DNA of 64,000 bases from an uncultured delta proteobacterium (GTDB lineage: Bacteria > Desulfobacterota > Syntrophobacteria > BM002): the NCBI GenBank assembly GCA_963712115.1, contig CAVQGX010000042.1, positions 1-64,000 of the forward strand, in the 5' to 3' direction. Every line of letters begins with the position of its first letter. Position 1 is the stretch's first letter. Positions 18,345 to 27,098 of this stretch are shown in pieces. Both the position numbers and the translations under genes were made by a program. The notes below the pieces were generated by a model. It searched no databases. It was given only the letters and a program-made list of their open reading frames with translations, and was not told the origin of the DNA.

Positions 18345-18377
18345 GTGTGAATTAAGGGATGTCATCTAAACTTTGCT
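18345..18377. repeat. Type-B repeated site B5 (right part)
   Basis: GTGTGAATTA-AGGGATG-TCATCTAAACTTTGCT. Confidence 0.85.
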
Positions 18378-18594
18378 CCCACCCCTCCATGCTGTTCACC
18401 TCACTTTCTCCCTGGTCATTCACGCCAAGTTTTGGTTACAAGTTCTTCGTAAACTATTTTTCAATGTGTCCGACTTTACCCATCTTTTTCCTAGAGATTC
18501 ATTATACTTACCAATCTATATTATTCTAAACTTGGTATCAGTTTTGCATCTTAAAACAAAGCGAAACTGCATTAATGACAAAAGTCAACGATTA

Positions 18595-18670
18595 GGGCGC
18601 GTGGCCGAGTGGTCAAGGCAACGGTGTGCATAGCCGCTAGTCCCTAGTTCAATTCTAGGCGCGCCCTCCA
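18595..18670 (+). tRNA. tRNA-Cys(GCA)-like, atypical anticodon arm
   Basis: Acceptor GGGCGCG/CGCGCCC, U73 and encoded CCA; D arm GCC..GGC; T arm CCTAG-TTCAATT-CTAGG; anticodon loop GTGCATA. Confidence 0.75.
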
Positions 18671-19145
18671 ACTTTCCCCTTCGATTCTATGTGGGGATAA
18701 TAGAATTTTCGGTGTAACTCAGGTGAGTTTACGTTTTTATCATTCAATATGTCCTTAGGTCCGTCTTGCCCATCCCCTTTTTTCCATCAACGTGACTGCT
18801 AGCGTTGGTCATGATTGGTTTCCATCACCATTCTAAATGCCCTCCCTCCTTTACCTGATGCTGGTCATGTGATTTATTTCATGACCCTTCACCATGGCCT
18901 TGCAGTTTTGTTTCGAGGTAAGAAACAAAATATGTTCTTCAGACATGCTCTTGCAGCAGGTGATATGTTTCTGAAGTAACAGCGATAATTTTTCACACTC
19001 ACGTTGGGGGCACAACCAGGGAGATGGCCTCAAACCCTTTGGCACACCACTTGCTTCATAGCTATCTTGAATTGATAAAGAAGCGATATTTCTTTCGCAT
19101 CGAAAACAGTAAGAAGAAGAAAACAAACTAAAACCGTTCCTTAAC

Positions 19146-19237
19146 AGTCCGAAAAAGGCAAAGCACTCGAAAGAGTGTGACGCAAAGCCACTGGCCTAAG
19201 CCCCGGATCTCCGGGAGATGGTCGCAGGGCTGCCGGG
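19146..19237 (+). promoter_or_regulatory. c-di-GMP-I (GEMM) riboswitch
   Basis: GGCAAA-GCACTC-GAAA-GAGTGT-GACGCAAAGCCACTGGCCTAA...ATGGTCGCAGGGCTGCCG. Confidence 0.88.
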
Positions 19238-19298
19238 TGAGTGCAGTTTAAAGGTTGCCTCATGGGGCACTGTATTTCACCCATGGAGGCAACTCTCT

Positions 19299-19739
19299 GT
19301 GAAACCTCTTTATGACTTATCATCAAAATGGGAAAACTTATCATTATCCCGCCTCTCCAGATTGATATTTATTTGCTTGACGGCTTTGCTCATTGTTTTT
19401 CTTTCATATCCTAAAATTATCTATGCGGCTCAAGCAACATTGGAATGGGATGCTGTGATCCATCCGCTTCTTGAAGGTTACATGGTTTACTATGGCACCT
19501 CCAGCGGGGATTATGATGTGTCGTTGGATGTAGGTAACTGGACGAGTTGCACGATTGCAGCTCTTGAAGACGGTGAGACATACTATTTCGCTGTCACCGC
19601 TTATAGTACTGAGGGTGAGGAAAGTGACTTTTCAAACGAAGTGATTTGGCCTAGTAACAATAACATTTATGATGCTGGGACAGGGGGTGGGTGCTTCATC
19701 GATACCGCAGCCTACGGGTTCCTGTTCATGCCAATATGA
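19299..19739 (+). CDS. Exported fibronectin type III protein with CFI-box-like C-terminus
   Basis: GGAGG RBS with GTG at 19299; signal/TM segment; ATLEWD...GYMVYYG...YYFAVTAY...ESDFSNEV; GGGCFIDTAAYG. Confidence 0.8.
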   Translation: MKPLYDLSSKWENLSLSRLSRLIFICLTALLIVFLSYPKIIYAAQATLEWDAVIHPLLEGYMVYYGTSSGDYDVSLDVGNWTSCTIAALEDGETYYFAVTAYSTEGEESDFSNEVIWPSNNNIYDAGTGGGCFIDTAAYGFLFMPI

Positions 19740-19766
19740 TTCGGCAGAGGGTGGCATGGACTGCAC

Positions 19767-19970
19767 TTATGGATAATGTTGATAGTCGGCGTAGTAGGCC
19801 TCAAGATTGGTCTTGACATTTCGCAAATCGCTCTGAGCCGCCGAATTATAGCTTTTCTGTCGATAGGAGGTAAACTGAGGAATGGCAATGGCGGCAAGAA
19901 TACCAATGATGGCAATGACAATCAGCAACTCAATGAGCGTAAAACCTGAACGGTTAATTCTCTTTGACAT
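19767..19970 (-). CDS. pilA: Short type IVa pilin (Geobacter PilA-N-like)
   Basis: G|FTLIELLIVIAIIGILAAIAIPQF; mature length 58 aa. Confidence 0.88.
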   Translation of the reverse strand: MSKRINRSGFTLIELLIVIAIIGILAAIAIPQFTSYRQKSYNSAAQSDLRNVKTNLEAYYADYQHYP

Positions 19971-20010
19971 AAGTGCTCCGACATGAGCAGGCTCCCTTAG
20001 ATAATACCTC

Positions 20011-20382
20011 TTAAGTTCCTTTCAGCCATGCACTGAACTTATCTTGTAGTTCGCTGGAGACTACATTTCCGAGAAATGTAATATCATCTTCAGAAATGTA
20101 CTCAAATTCAGCACCCAATATAAAACGGCATGAAATCTTCTCAGAAGTGATTTCTTTCACCCAGACAGCCTTTGCAGTGACTATGAGCGGTTCGCGATTA
20201 GGTGGTTGGATTTCTAGACGAAACTCCTGCCCCAATGGTGGTAATTCTTGACAAAAGATGGATACACCTACCTGGCTGACATCTTTGGTCTCTCCAACGA
20301 CCTTAACATCAGTAGTAAGGACAGTCACGGGCCACCCAATGTCCGCCCTGAGAAATTCACGCTTTTCTCTCTCAAGAACCGT
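20011..20382 (-). CDS. PilZ-domain protein (start codon appears to be ACG, or lost)
   Basis: EKREFLR...DVSQVG...GQEFRLEIQPPN; paralog of the N-terminal half of 6318. Confidence 0.75.
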   Translation of the reverse strand, partial: TVLEREKREFLRADIGWPVTVLTTDVKVVGETKDVSQVGVSIFCQELPPLGQEFRLEIQPPNREPLIVTAKAVWVKEITSEKISCRFILGAEFEYISEDDITFLGNVVSSELQDKFSAWLKGT

Positions 20383-20471
20383 GGTGGTGATTTCCGCTTC
20401 TGAGATGCTAATAGGGCTCCAGAGAAATAATTGATAAAGCTGACGCGTAGTGCACAGCACTTCGGAGGTGA

Positions 20472-20488
20472 TGCAAGCCCGGTGCCAA
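20472..20488 (-). promoter_or_regulatory. sigma54 promoter
   Basis: TTGGCACCGGGCTTGCA on the minus strand. Confidence 0.7.
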
Positions 20489-20861
20489 AAAAAACGGAGC
20501 CAGTACCTTCTATAATTGGCTTTGAGAAATGAATAGTTCGGATTTGGCACTTTTTCCAAAGGTTCAGCAGTCAGTCCGCTAAAACACCAAATATTTAGGG
20601 AATTTTACCTTCGGCTCTGAAGATGATAGGTGTAGATAATGATGGAGTTAGCCTGAGACCCATGAAAGACGTGTAAAACTTCGTCGAGTTATGTGAAGCC
20701 ATAGTCAACGACTGCGTTACTTTATTTAATATCCCGACCGAGGTTCTCGGATTTCCACGAATTGGTGTAAAATACTCGGGTATCCAGATGTCGCAGGTAA
20801 CTAGCGTTTCCATACAAATAGGGTCAGGTCTCAAACTTGGATTTGACCACGGGATCTCCTG

Positions 20862-21200
20862 TTAATCCTCCAGATCTTCAATGTAGGATTCTAGCAACTT
20901 CAGGTTGACTGATATTCTCTGTCTTATGCGATCACTAAAGGCTGAGCCCTCTTCGGCTTTTAGCTCTATTGTCTTTTGGATGAATTCAATTGCTGACTTT
21001 GCATCCTGCCAATCTTCTTCCTTGGTTGGTCTAACCTGAGGATCCGAGAGGTCTTCATGCCTGGCATTGGTGGCCAACTCTATGATCAAAGTGTTTTTTG
21101 AAATTCTTTTGCCCCGTGACACCGTCTCTTCAGCTGATTTCAAAGTCAGCCAGTTATCGAGATCCTTGGGCAATCGTAACAGCCATTTCTTTTCCATCAT
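20862..21200 (-). CDS. Hypothetical protein with possible Arc-like ribbon-helix-helix N-terminus
   Basis: KKWLLRLPKDLDNWL...SKNTLIIEL. Confidence 0.6.
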   Translation of the reverse strand: MMEKKWLLRLPKDLDNWLTLKSAEETVSRGKRISKNTLIIELATNARHEDLSDPQVRPTKEEDWQDAKSAIEFIQKTIELKAEEGSAFSDRIRQRISVNLKLLESYIEDLED

Positions 21201-21831
21201 TCCCACCCTTAAATGATATCATTAGTACTAATTATATCAAAAAAAGCTAAATGTCAAGAAAAACTTGACAATCTAGAAAACTAGTGTTCTTTCATGACGC
21301 CCGTAGCTTTGTCGACCCGTGAGTTTCGCTAAAGATTCTGATGTTGCAAAATAATAATAGGGTTGATGGATTTGCTCACGATAATCTCTCAGCGTTGTCC
21401 TATAAGGTAAAGCATCCCCCGGCATAGCCGAGAGCTTTCAATATTAACTCATTCTAACCGTGGCGCCGCCATAGGGGGCTCACTGAAGTAAAGCTAAATC
21501 TTACCAGTTGCACAGCAGATGGTTTTTGAAACTACTCCGCGCGCATAGCATCCCTTGACGAGCTCAGAATAGGCACAACCTCTAATCGCGGCTAAAAGCC
21601 GCTCCCACAGTTTCACACCAATACTCCGTCACTCCAATACTCCAGTACTCCATTTTCTCCTGTTCACTATTCACTCTGCGCTCCAAAACCACCTTTTATG
21701 TATATGGGAAATGCTCAAATTCCCTCTGATCCAGTTATCTCGGCACTGATCTTGCTACAAAGTTTGTCTCTGACGACCCGAAATAATCCCATTTGCAGCG
21801 CTCGGGCACTCGGACAAAAAGGAGGGGCACC

Positions 21832-22266
21832 ATGGCGGAAAAAATTCTTGTAGTTGATGATGAAAAAGAAATAAGGGATCTGCTGAGTATTTATCTAAAG
21901 GAAGATGGTTACAACGTAATTGCAGCTTCAAACGGACAAGAGGCCATAAGCTTGGCACAGGCAGAGCATCCACAGGTAATCCTCATGGACGTCAAAATGC
22001 CCGGCATCGATGGGGTGGAAACCTGCAAGAGGCTGAAAGAGGAAGAAAGGACCAAATCAATTCCCGTCATTATGGTAACTGCCTATCAGGACAGAGACGT
22101 AGAAGCATATCTCGAAGGCGCCGATGACTTCGTCAACAAGCCTTTCGATAAAACAGAAATCACCTTTAGAGTTAGGTCCATGCTGCGAATCCGTCATCTC
22201 AATGACGAATTAGAGAGAGCAATGGCCTATATTGAGGAACTGGATAGAACCCTTCCCAAGCGCTAA
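21832..22266 (+). CDS. Single-domain response regulator
   Basis: KILVVDDE...ILMDVKMPGIDG...MVTA...FVNKPF; GGAGGGG RBS. Confidence 0.93.
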   Translation: MAEKILVVDDEKEIRDLLSIYLKEDGYNVIAASNGQEAISLAQAEHPQVILMDVKMPGIDGVETCKRLKEEERTKSIPVIMVTAYQDRDVEAYLEGADDFVNKPFDKTEITFRVRSMLRIRHLNDELERAMAYIEELDRTLPKR

Positions 22267-22523
22267 CTCACCACTGGAGAGAGCTACTTCATTGAAAAAA
22301 GGAGTTCTTGCCCATTAAGGGCAAGAAAATCTCCTGGTCTGTCAATTTTCCCAGCTTGAGGTAAAAAAGATTCGGGCCCTGCAGATCTGCATGGCGCATA
22401 GCGCCATGCGCATAGCGAAAATACTTCTCATCAACACTTTGCGCTATGCCCTTTGCGCTCTGCGATGATATGTCTTATTTTAGGTGGATATAAACGATTA
22501 TTTTTGCATCAGGAGTAGCTTAA

Positions 22524-23765
22524 GTGAGCCTCCCCTCGAGTGGCAGTAGCTTCGATCATAGAAAAAAAGCAGAAGATACAAATTTCAGATCTCAAATGGG
22601 GCCTATCTTTCTACTGGCCGCAATTTTCCTCTTGAATTTCCTGGGCAGAGTAATCCTTGCTCCCTTACTGCCAACCATCCAAAGGGAGTTAGGTTTTGGT
22701 CACGGAGAAGCAGGTTCCCTCTTTCTCTTGATATCGATGGGATATTTCGTCTCCTTAGTTGCCTCGGGATTTGTAGCCTCACGCCTCATGCACTACCGAA
22801 CAATAACCCTCTCTGCCTCCGCTATTGGATTGGCCCTGGTAGCCATCTCCTTCAGTGACAGCCAAGCGGGCGTGCTGGTGGGGTTAGTCCTCGTGGGCTT
22901 GGCAGCCGGGCTTTATCTGCCGTCCGGGATCTCCACCTTGACCTCCCTGGTAGGGCCTAACCAGTGGGGAAAGGCAATAGCTATTCACGAATTGGCTCCC
23001 AACCTTGGTTTCGTCTTGGCACCACTTATATCAGAGGCTCTGCTGAAATGGTTTTCCTGGCGAGGAATCCTTGGGGTGATGGGCGCGGCCTCTATTACCG
23101 CAGGGGCGGCTTTCGCCCGTTTTGGTAAGGGCGGCAGGTTTCCCGGCGCAGCTCCCAGTGTTGCCTCTTTCCAAGACATTCTGGCAAAGCCAGCTTTTTG
23201 GATCATGACCATCCTCTTTAGCCTCGGCATCACAGGCAGTTTGGGTGTTTACGCCATGCTGCCTCTTTATCTTGTAGCTGAGCGTGGCATGGATCAATAT
23301 TCGGCTAATATCCTGGTGGCCATATCACGCATCTCTTGCCTGGGGATGGCATTTATGGCAGGGTGGGCAACTGACCGTTTTGGGGCGAAAAGAATTATGG
23401 CCGCTGTATTTCTCCTCACCGGCACCATGACAGTCCTGTTAGGTTTAGTAAAAGGTTATTGGATCGTCATCATTGTATTCTTGCAACCCATGCTGGCTGT
23501 TTGTTTTTTCCCGGCAGGTTTTGCCGCCCTCTCTTGTATAGGACCTTCGAGCTCTCGAAACATTGCTGTCTCCCTAGCTATTCCCCTAGCCTTCCTCATA
23601 GGAGCGGGTGGCATTCCCACCGGGATTGGGATAATGGGTGACTTTGCCAATTTTGCTCTGGGTTTTGGCCTAGTGGGAGGGCTAATACTTGTGGGATTCA
23701 TCTTATCCTTAACCTTAAAGTTGCCTAAGGAACATGAATGTCCAGCCGCTTTTTCTGAAGAGTAG
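22524..23765 (+). CDS. MFS transporter
   Basis: About 12 hydrophobic helices; GWATDRFGAK motif A. Confidence 0.9.
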   Translation: MSLPSSGSSFDHRKKAEDTNFRSQMGPIFLLAAIFLLNFLGRVILAPLLPTIQRELGFGHGEAGSLFLLISMGYFVSLVASGFVASRLMHYRTITLSASAIGLALVAISFSDSQAGVLVGLVLVGLAAGLYLPSGISTLTSLVGPNQWGKAIAIHELAPNLGFVLAPLISEALLKWFSWRGILGVMGAASITAGAAFARFGKGGRFPGAAPSVASFQDILAKPAFWIMTILFSLGITGSLGVYAMLPLYLVAERGMDQYSANILVAISRISCLGMAFMAGWATDRFGAKRIMAAVFLLTGTMTVLLGLVKGYWIVIIVFLQPMLAVCFFPAGFAALSCIGPSSSRNIAVSLAIPLAFLIGAGGIPTGIGIMGDFANFALGFGLVGGLILVGFILSLTLKLPKEHECPAAFSEE

Positions 23766-23965
23766 CTTCTCCCGCTTATATAATAGACAAAAACAGAGGC
23801 TCTTTAAAAATTTCGATTTATAGCCTTACACAATGACAAATCTTTGCTTTGTCCACCCCCATATTTGCTCAGGATGGTTAAGGCTGGCATGATGTTTGTA
23901 TGTAACCTTATTGTCAGACCTTAGTCTGATGAAATCCAGCACCCGTGATATGATCTCAAGAGGGA

Positions 23966-25357
23966 TTGACTGAAGTGATCGGTTACTCAATATACATAGT
24001 AGACGACGACGCTGACATGAGAGAAGTGTTGAGCCTTGCCCTCGACGGGAAATATCAGGTTAGAACCTTCTCTACAGCGGGAAGCGCACTAGAGGCAATC
24101 AAAGATGACCCGCCCGATCTAATTCTGTTAGATATTGGGCTGCCCGACATGAGCGGGGTTGATGCTTTACGGCAGATTAAAAAACTTAGTCCAGACGTCC
24201 TGGTGGTAATGGTAACCGCCTCTACTGATATCAATACCGCCATATCCACCATGAAGCTCGGCGCCTCCGATTACATGATGAAGCCGATCAATGTTGATGC
24301 CCTGGACGTGAGTGTTCGAAACGTCCTTGACAAGATTAGGCTTAGAAAACAAGTTCAGGTCCTGCAGGAAAACTATCTAAAGGAAAACATCCCCTGTTTT
24401 GTGGGAGAAAGTAACGCTATCCAGGATGTAATGCAATTCGTGGATAAGGTGGCCAAAGCTGTCGACACTCCGGTACTTATACTCGGTGAAACTGGTACCG
24501 GTAAGGAACTGATAGCAAGCGCAATCCACTATAAGAGTCCAAACTTCAATGGGCCTTTTCTTACCTTGAACTGCTCGGCCATACCCAAAGACCTGATTGA
24601 GAGCGAGCTCTTTGGCTACGAAAAAGGGGCCTTCACCGGCGCCAAGGCAGCAGGTAAAAAGGGGCTGGTGGAACAGGCCGCAGACGGGACCCTTTTTCTG
24701 GACGAGGTGGGTGACCTGAGCCTCGACGCCCAGGCAAAACTCCTGCGCTTTCTGGAAGAGGGTGAGTATTATCGAGTGGGGGGAACCAAGAAGCTCCGGA
24801 TCCGTACCAGGGTTGTTTCGGCCACCAACAAGGATCTGGATACCATGATAGAAAAAGAATTCTTTCGACGTGATCTTTACTACCGCCTTGCAGTGATAAA
24901 GGTAGAGGTTCCGGCTCTCAACAAACGCCGTGACGATATTGTGCCTATTGCCAGGCACTTTCTTGCAGAATTTAGTAATAAACACGGAAAATCCTTTTCC
25001 GGGTTCTCTCTAGAAACCGAAGGTTATTTAAAAAACCACACTTGGCAGGGGAACATTCGCGAGCTGAGAAACCTCGTCGAAAGAGGCATACTTGTTGGCC
25101 AGGGGCCTGAACTATCTCCGCAGGATCTTGGTCTCGAAGGTATTACTGAACCCTTAGTTCCACCCACCGCCGAAAATGAGGACGGAATTCCAGCGCTGCC
25201 GGATGAAGGACTAGATCTTCAGGCCCTGGAGGAGCACTACATAAAAGAGGCTTTGCAAAAGGCCGATGGCAATGAAACAAAGGCGGCGAAGCTCCTGAGA
25301 ATGAGCTACTATTCCTTTCGCTATCGAAGAAAAAAACTCAAAGACAAGGAAGACTAG
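23966..25357 (+). CDS. sigma54-dependent response regulator (NtrC family)
   Basis: REC domain; GETGTGKE; ESELFGYEKGAFTGA; C-terminal HTH. Confidence 0.95.
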   Translation: MTEVIGYSIYIVDDDADMREVLSLALDGKYQVRTFSTAGSALEAIKDDPPDLILLDIGLPDMSGVDALRQIKKLSPDVLVVMVTASTDINTAISTMKLGASDYMMKPINVDALDVSVRNVLDKIRLRKQVQVLQENYLKENIPCFVGESNAIQDVMQFVDKVAKAVDTPVLILGETGTGKELIASAIHYKSPNFNGPFLTLNCSAIPKDLIESELFGYEKGAFTGAKAAGKKGLVEQAADGTLFLDEVGDLSLDAQAKLLRFLEEGEYYRVGGTKKLRIRTRVVSATNKDLDTMIEKEFFRRDLYYRLAVIKVEVPALNKRRDDIVPIARHFLAEFSNKHGKSFSGFSLETEGYLKNHTWQGNIRELRNLVERGILVGQGPELSPQDLGLEGITEPLVPPTAENEDGIPALPDEGLDLQALEEHYIKEALQKADGNETKAAKLLRMSYYSFRYRRKKLKDKED

Positions 25358-25429
25358 TCTCTCTACTATCCTCCCCTTCCATTTTTGCCATTATCCTCAT
25401 CACTTCGCCCGGAAGACGCTGAACGTGTG

Positions 25430-25700
25430 GTAAACAGTGAGCAGTAAACGGTAAATCGTTGGAACCGTTCAAGCCGTTGAAGTCGTTGAAGTCGTTCAAA
25501 TGGTGAACGGTAAACGGTGGAAATCGTTCATTCTTAGCTCTTAACTTTGAACTTGGAACTTGAACTTCAACCGACATCTGACCTCTGATCTCTGACCTCT
25601 GAGTTCTGCCTTCTGTCCTCTGCCCTATGCTCCATGCTCCATGCCTCATCAAATCCAAAATCCGAAATCCGCAATCCACAATTCGAAATCCGCAATCTCC
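25430..25700. repeat. Stack of degenerate 7-9-mer tandem repeats
   Basis: (GTTGAAGTC)n, (TTGAACT)n, (TCTGACC)n, (CCATGCT)n, (AATCCGA/C)n. Confidence 0.7.
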
Positions 25701-25826
25701 CCGCTGGCTAACTAGCAAATAATTGCTTGGCCATTTAGCCATTTTTTGCGATTTAGCTAGAGAGCATAGAATATTTATGATCTCATAAACTGTTGCAATT
25801 ATTCATTTTTTTGGTTTTTTTCTCCT

Positions 25827-25843
25827 TTGGCATTCCTTCTGCA
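25827..25843 (+). promoter_or_regulatory. sigma54 promoter
   Basis: TTGGCATTCCTTCTGCA. Confidence 0.65.
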
Positions 25844-25893
25844 AATTAGTGAAAACAAAAGAAATCAGAAAGCAGTTGAGGGGGAGGAAAGAG

Positions 25894-26376
25894 ATGAAAG
25901 CAATGGTTAAGAGATTAATAACGGGTTTGATGATTGTTTCATTTGTTGTTGGTTGGCCCATGGCCTCCATGGCCACAGAAGTGGACAGCATTAAGATTAT
26001 CGACTTCGGCTTGTACAAAACCACATGCGCCGGGTGGCAGGAAGCGGTTGGCACTCAGCGCGGCAAGATTCAAATCATAGGCCAACGGGAACTGGTAAAA
26101 CGGACTAAAATGATTCCCGGCAGTGACGGCACCGAATTTGGCATCCGTTACGTGGTCAATGGCCAAGAGGAAGGCGGTGAGGTGGATCTCCTGGTTAGAG
26201 TTTCCCATTCTGAAATGCAGAGTAGTGACGAGTGGGTAACTGCAAGGAAGATCGGTACTCCCTCCTTTGAAGGCTGGAAGTTCGATAGCGAGTCGCAGGT
26301 CGCCCCTGGTAAGTTGACCATTCAATTGTTTCACCAGGGAATAAAACTGGCTGAGAAGACTTTTACCGTATATTAG
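25894..26376 (+). CDS. Secreted DUF3859-like protein
   Basis: Signal peptide; IIDFGLY...IPGSDGTEFGIRY...KLAEKTFTV. Confidence 0.7.
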   Translation: MKAMVKRLITGLMIVSFVVGWPMASMATEVDSIKIIDFGLYKTTCAGWQEAVGTQRGKIQIIGQRELVKRTKMIPGSDGTEFGIRYVVNGQEEGGEVDLLVRVSHSEMQSSDEWVTARKIGTPSFEGWKFDSESQVAPGKLTIQLFHQGIKLAEKTFTVY

Positions 26377-27098
26377 CCAAAAAGACAGACTGAGGACATA
26401 TGATCTGGTAAGGAGGAGATTAACCCTAAAAAAATTTTAGACATAATATCCTTTTATTTACTTCCGGCTGCAACAACTCCAACTTTGGCCAACCATCCGC
26501 CCCGATTTAGCCAGGAAGGAGTTGTTAACCAAATTATCTCTGCCTCCCCTAGCTTGGTTGGATCTTATCCGACCAGGCTAGTGGGAGGCACCTCCCCCCC
26601 TATTAGATTTGTTTGCCTCGGCTAATTTAGGTATTTCATCCTTGAGGCAAACTCACTGCTCCTGCTCCATCCAATAGAATTTACTTGTAAAAACGAACCT
26701 GATACCCCTCGCGCACTAGTTGTCCTGTCCAATCCCATCTCTCTGTATACGTCAGGAGACCATTTCTCTCCTAATAAGTTTTCCCGCCTATCTTCTACTC
26801 AACACTTCCCAATGATTCGACCAGGGTAAATCCACCTGAATTTAGCGCCAATATTCCATTTGGCACGCTTCTTGATAATGATACTGAGCTAATCGGGCGC
26901 GGATGGCTGGAATCCTTCCAGTAAACAGACTCTTTGATTTTGGTTCATTAACTTATACTAATAAAGGTTTACGAGTCTGTACCTAAAGAAATTTAAAGGA
27001 TTCTCCGTCCACTTTTAGTATTAAAAAAATCATATTTACTGCCAAGACATGTCAGTAGGTATAAAAAAACTTACAAACACCTTGGGGGGAGCGCAATC

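Larger units (their letters stand above)
17057..18347 (+). mobile_element. IS110-family (IS1111 group) element inserted into site B5
   Basis: Subterminal IRs TATGAAAAAGCT (17064-17075) and AGCTTTTTCATA (18332-18343). GTG core at both junctions; removing the IS restores GGAAAAGTGTGAATTAAGGGATG. Confidence 0.88.

Noticed and set aside
211-18377. Integron attC array or CRISPR array
   Set aside because: Sites occur in both orientations, lack RYYYAAC/GTTRRRY long hairpins, and are not regularly spaced. No intI or cas gene is present.
20595-20851. Possible frameshifted CPIC zinc-finger ORF or a selenocysteine TGA on the minus strand
   Set aside because: Needs an assumed indel. No SECIS-like hairpin or homology evidence is visible.
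21405-21612. IS200-like end hairpin and REP-like palindromes
   Set aside because: Degenerate, with no transposase nearby; too weak to call an element.
25338-25742. 134-aa ORF over the repeat stack (also 44705-44911 and 51332-51670)
   Set aside because: Low-complexity translation of tandem repeats.
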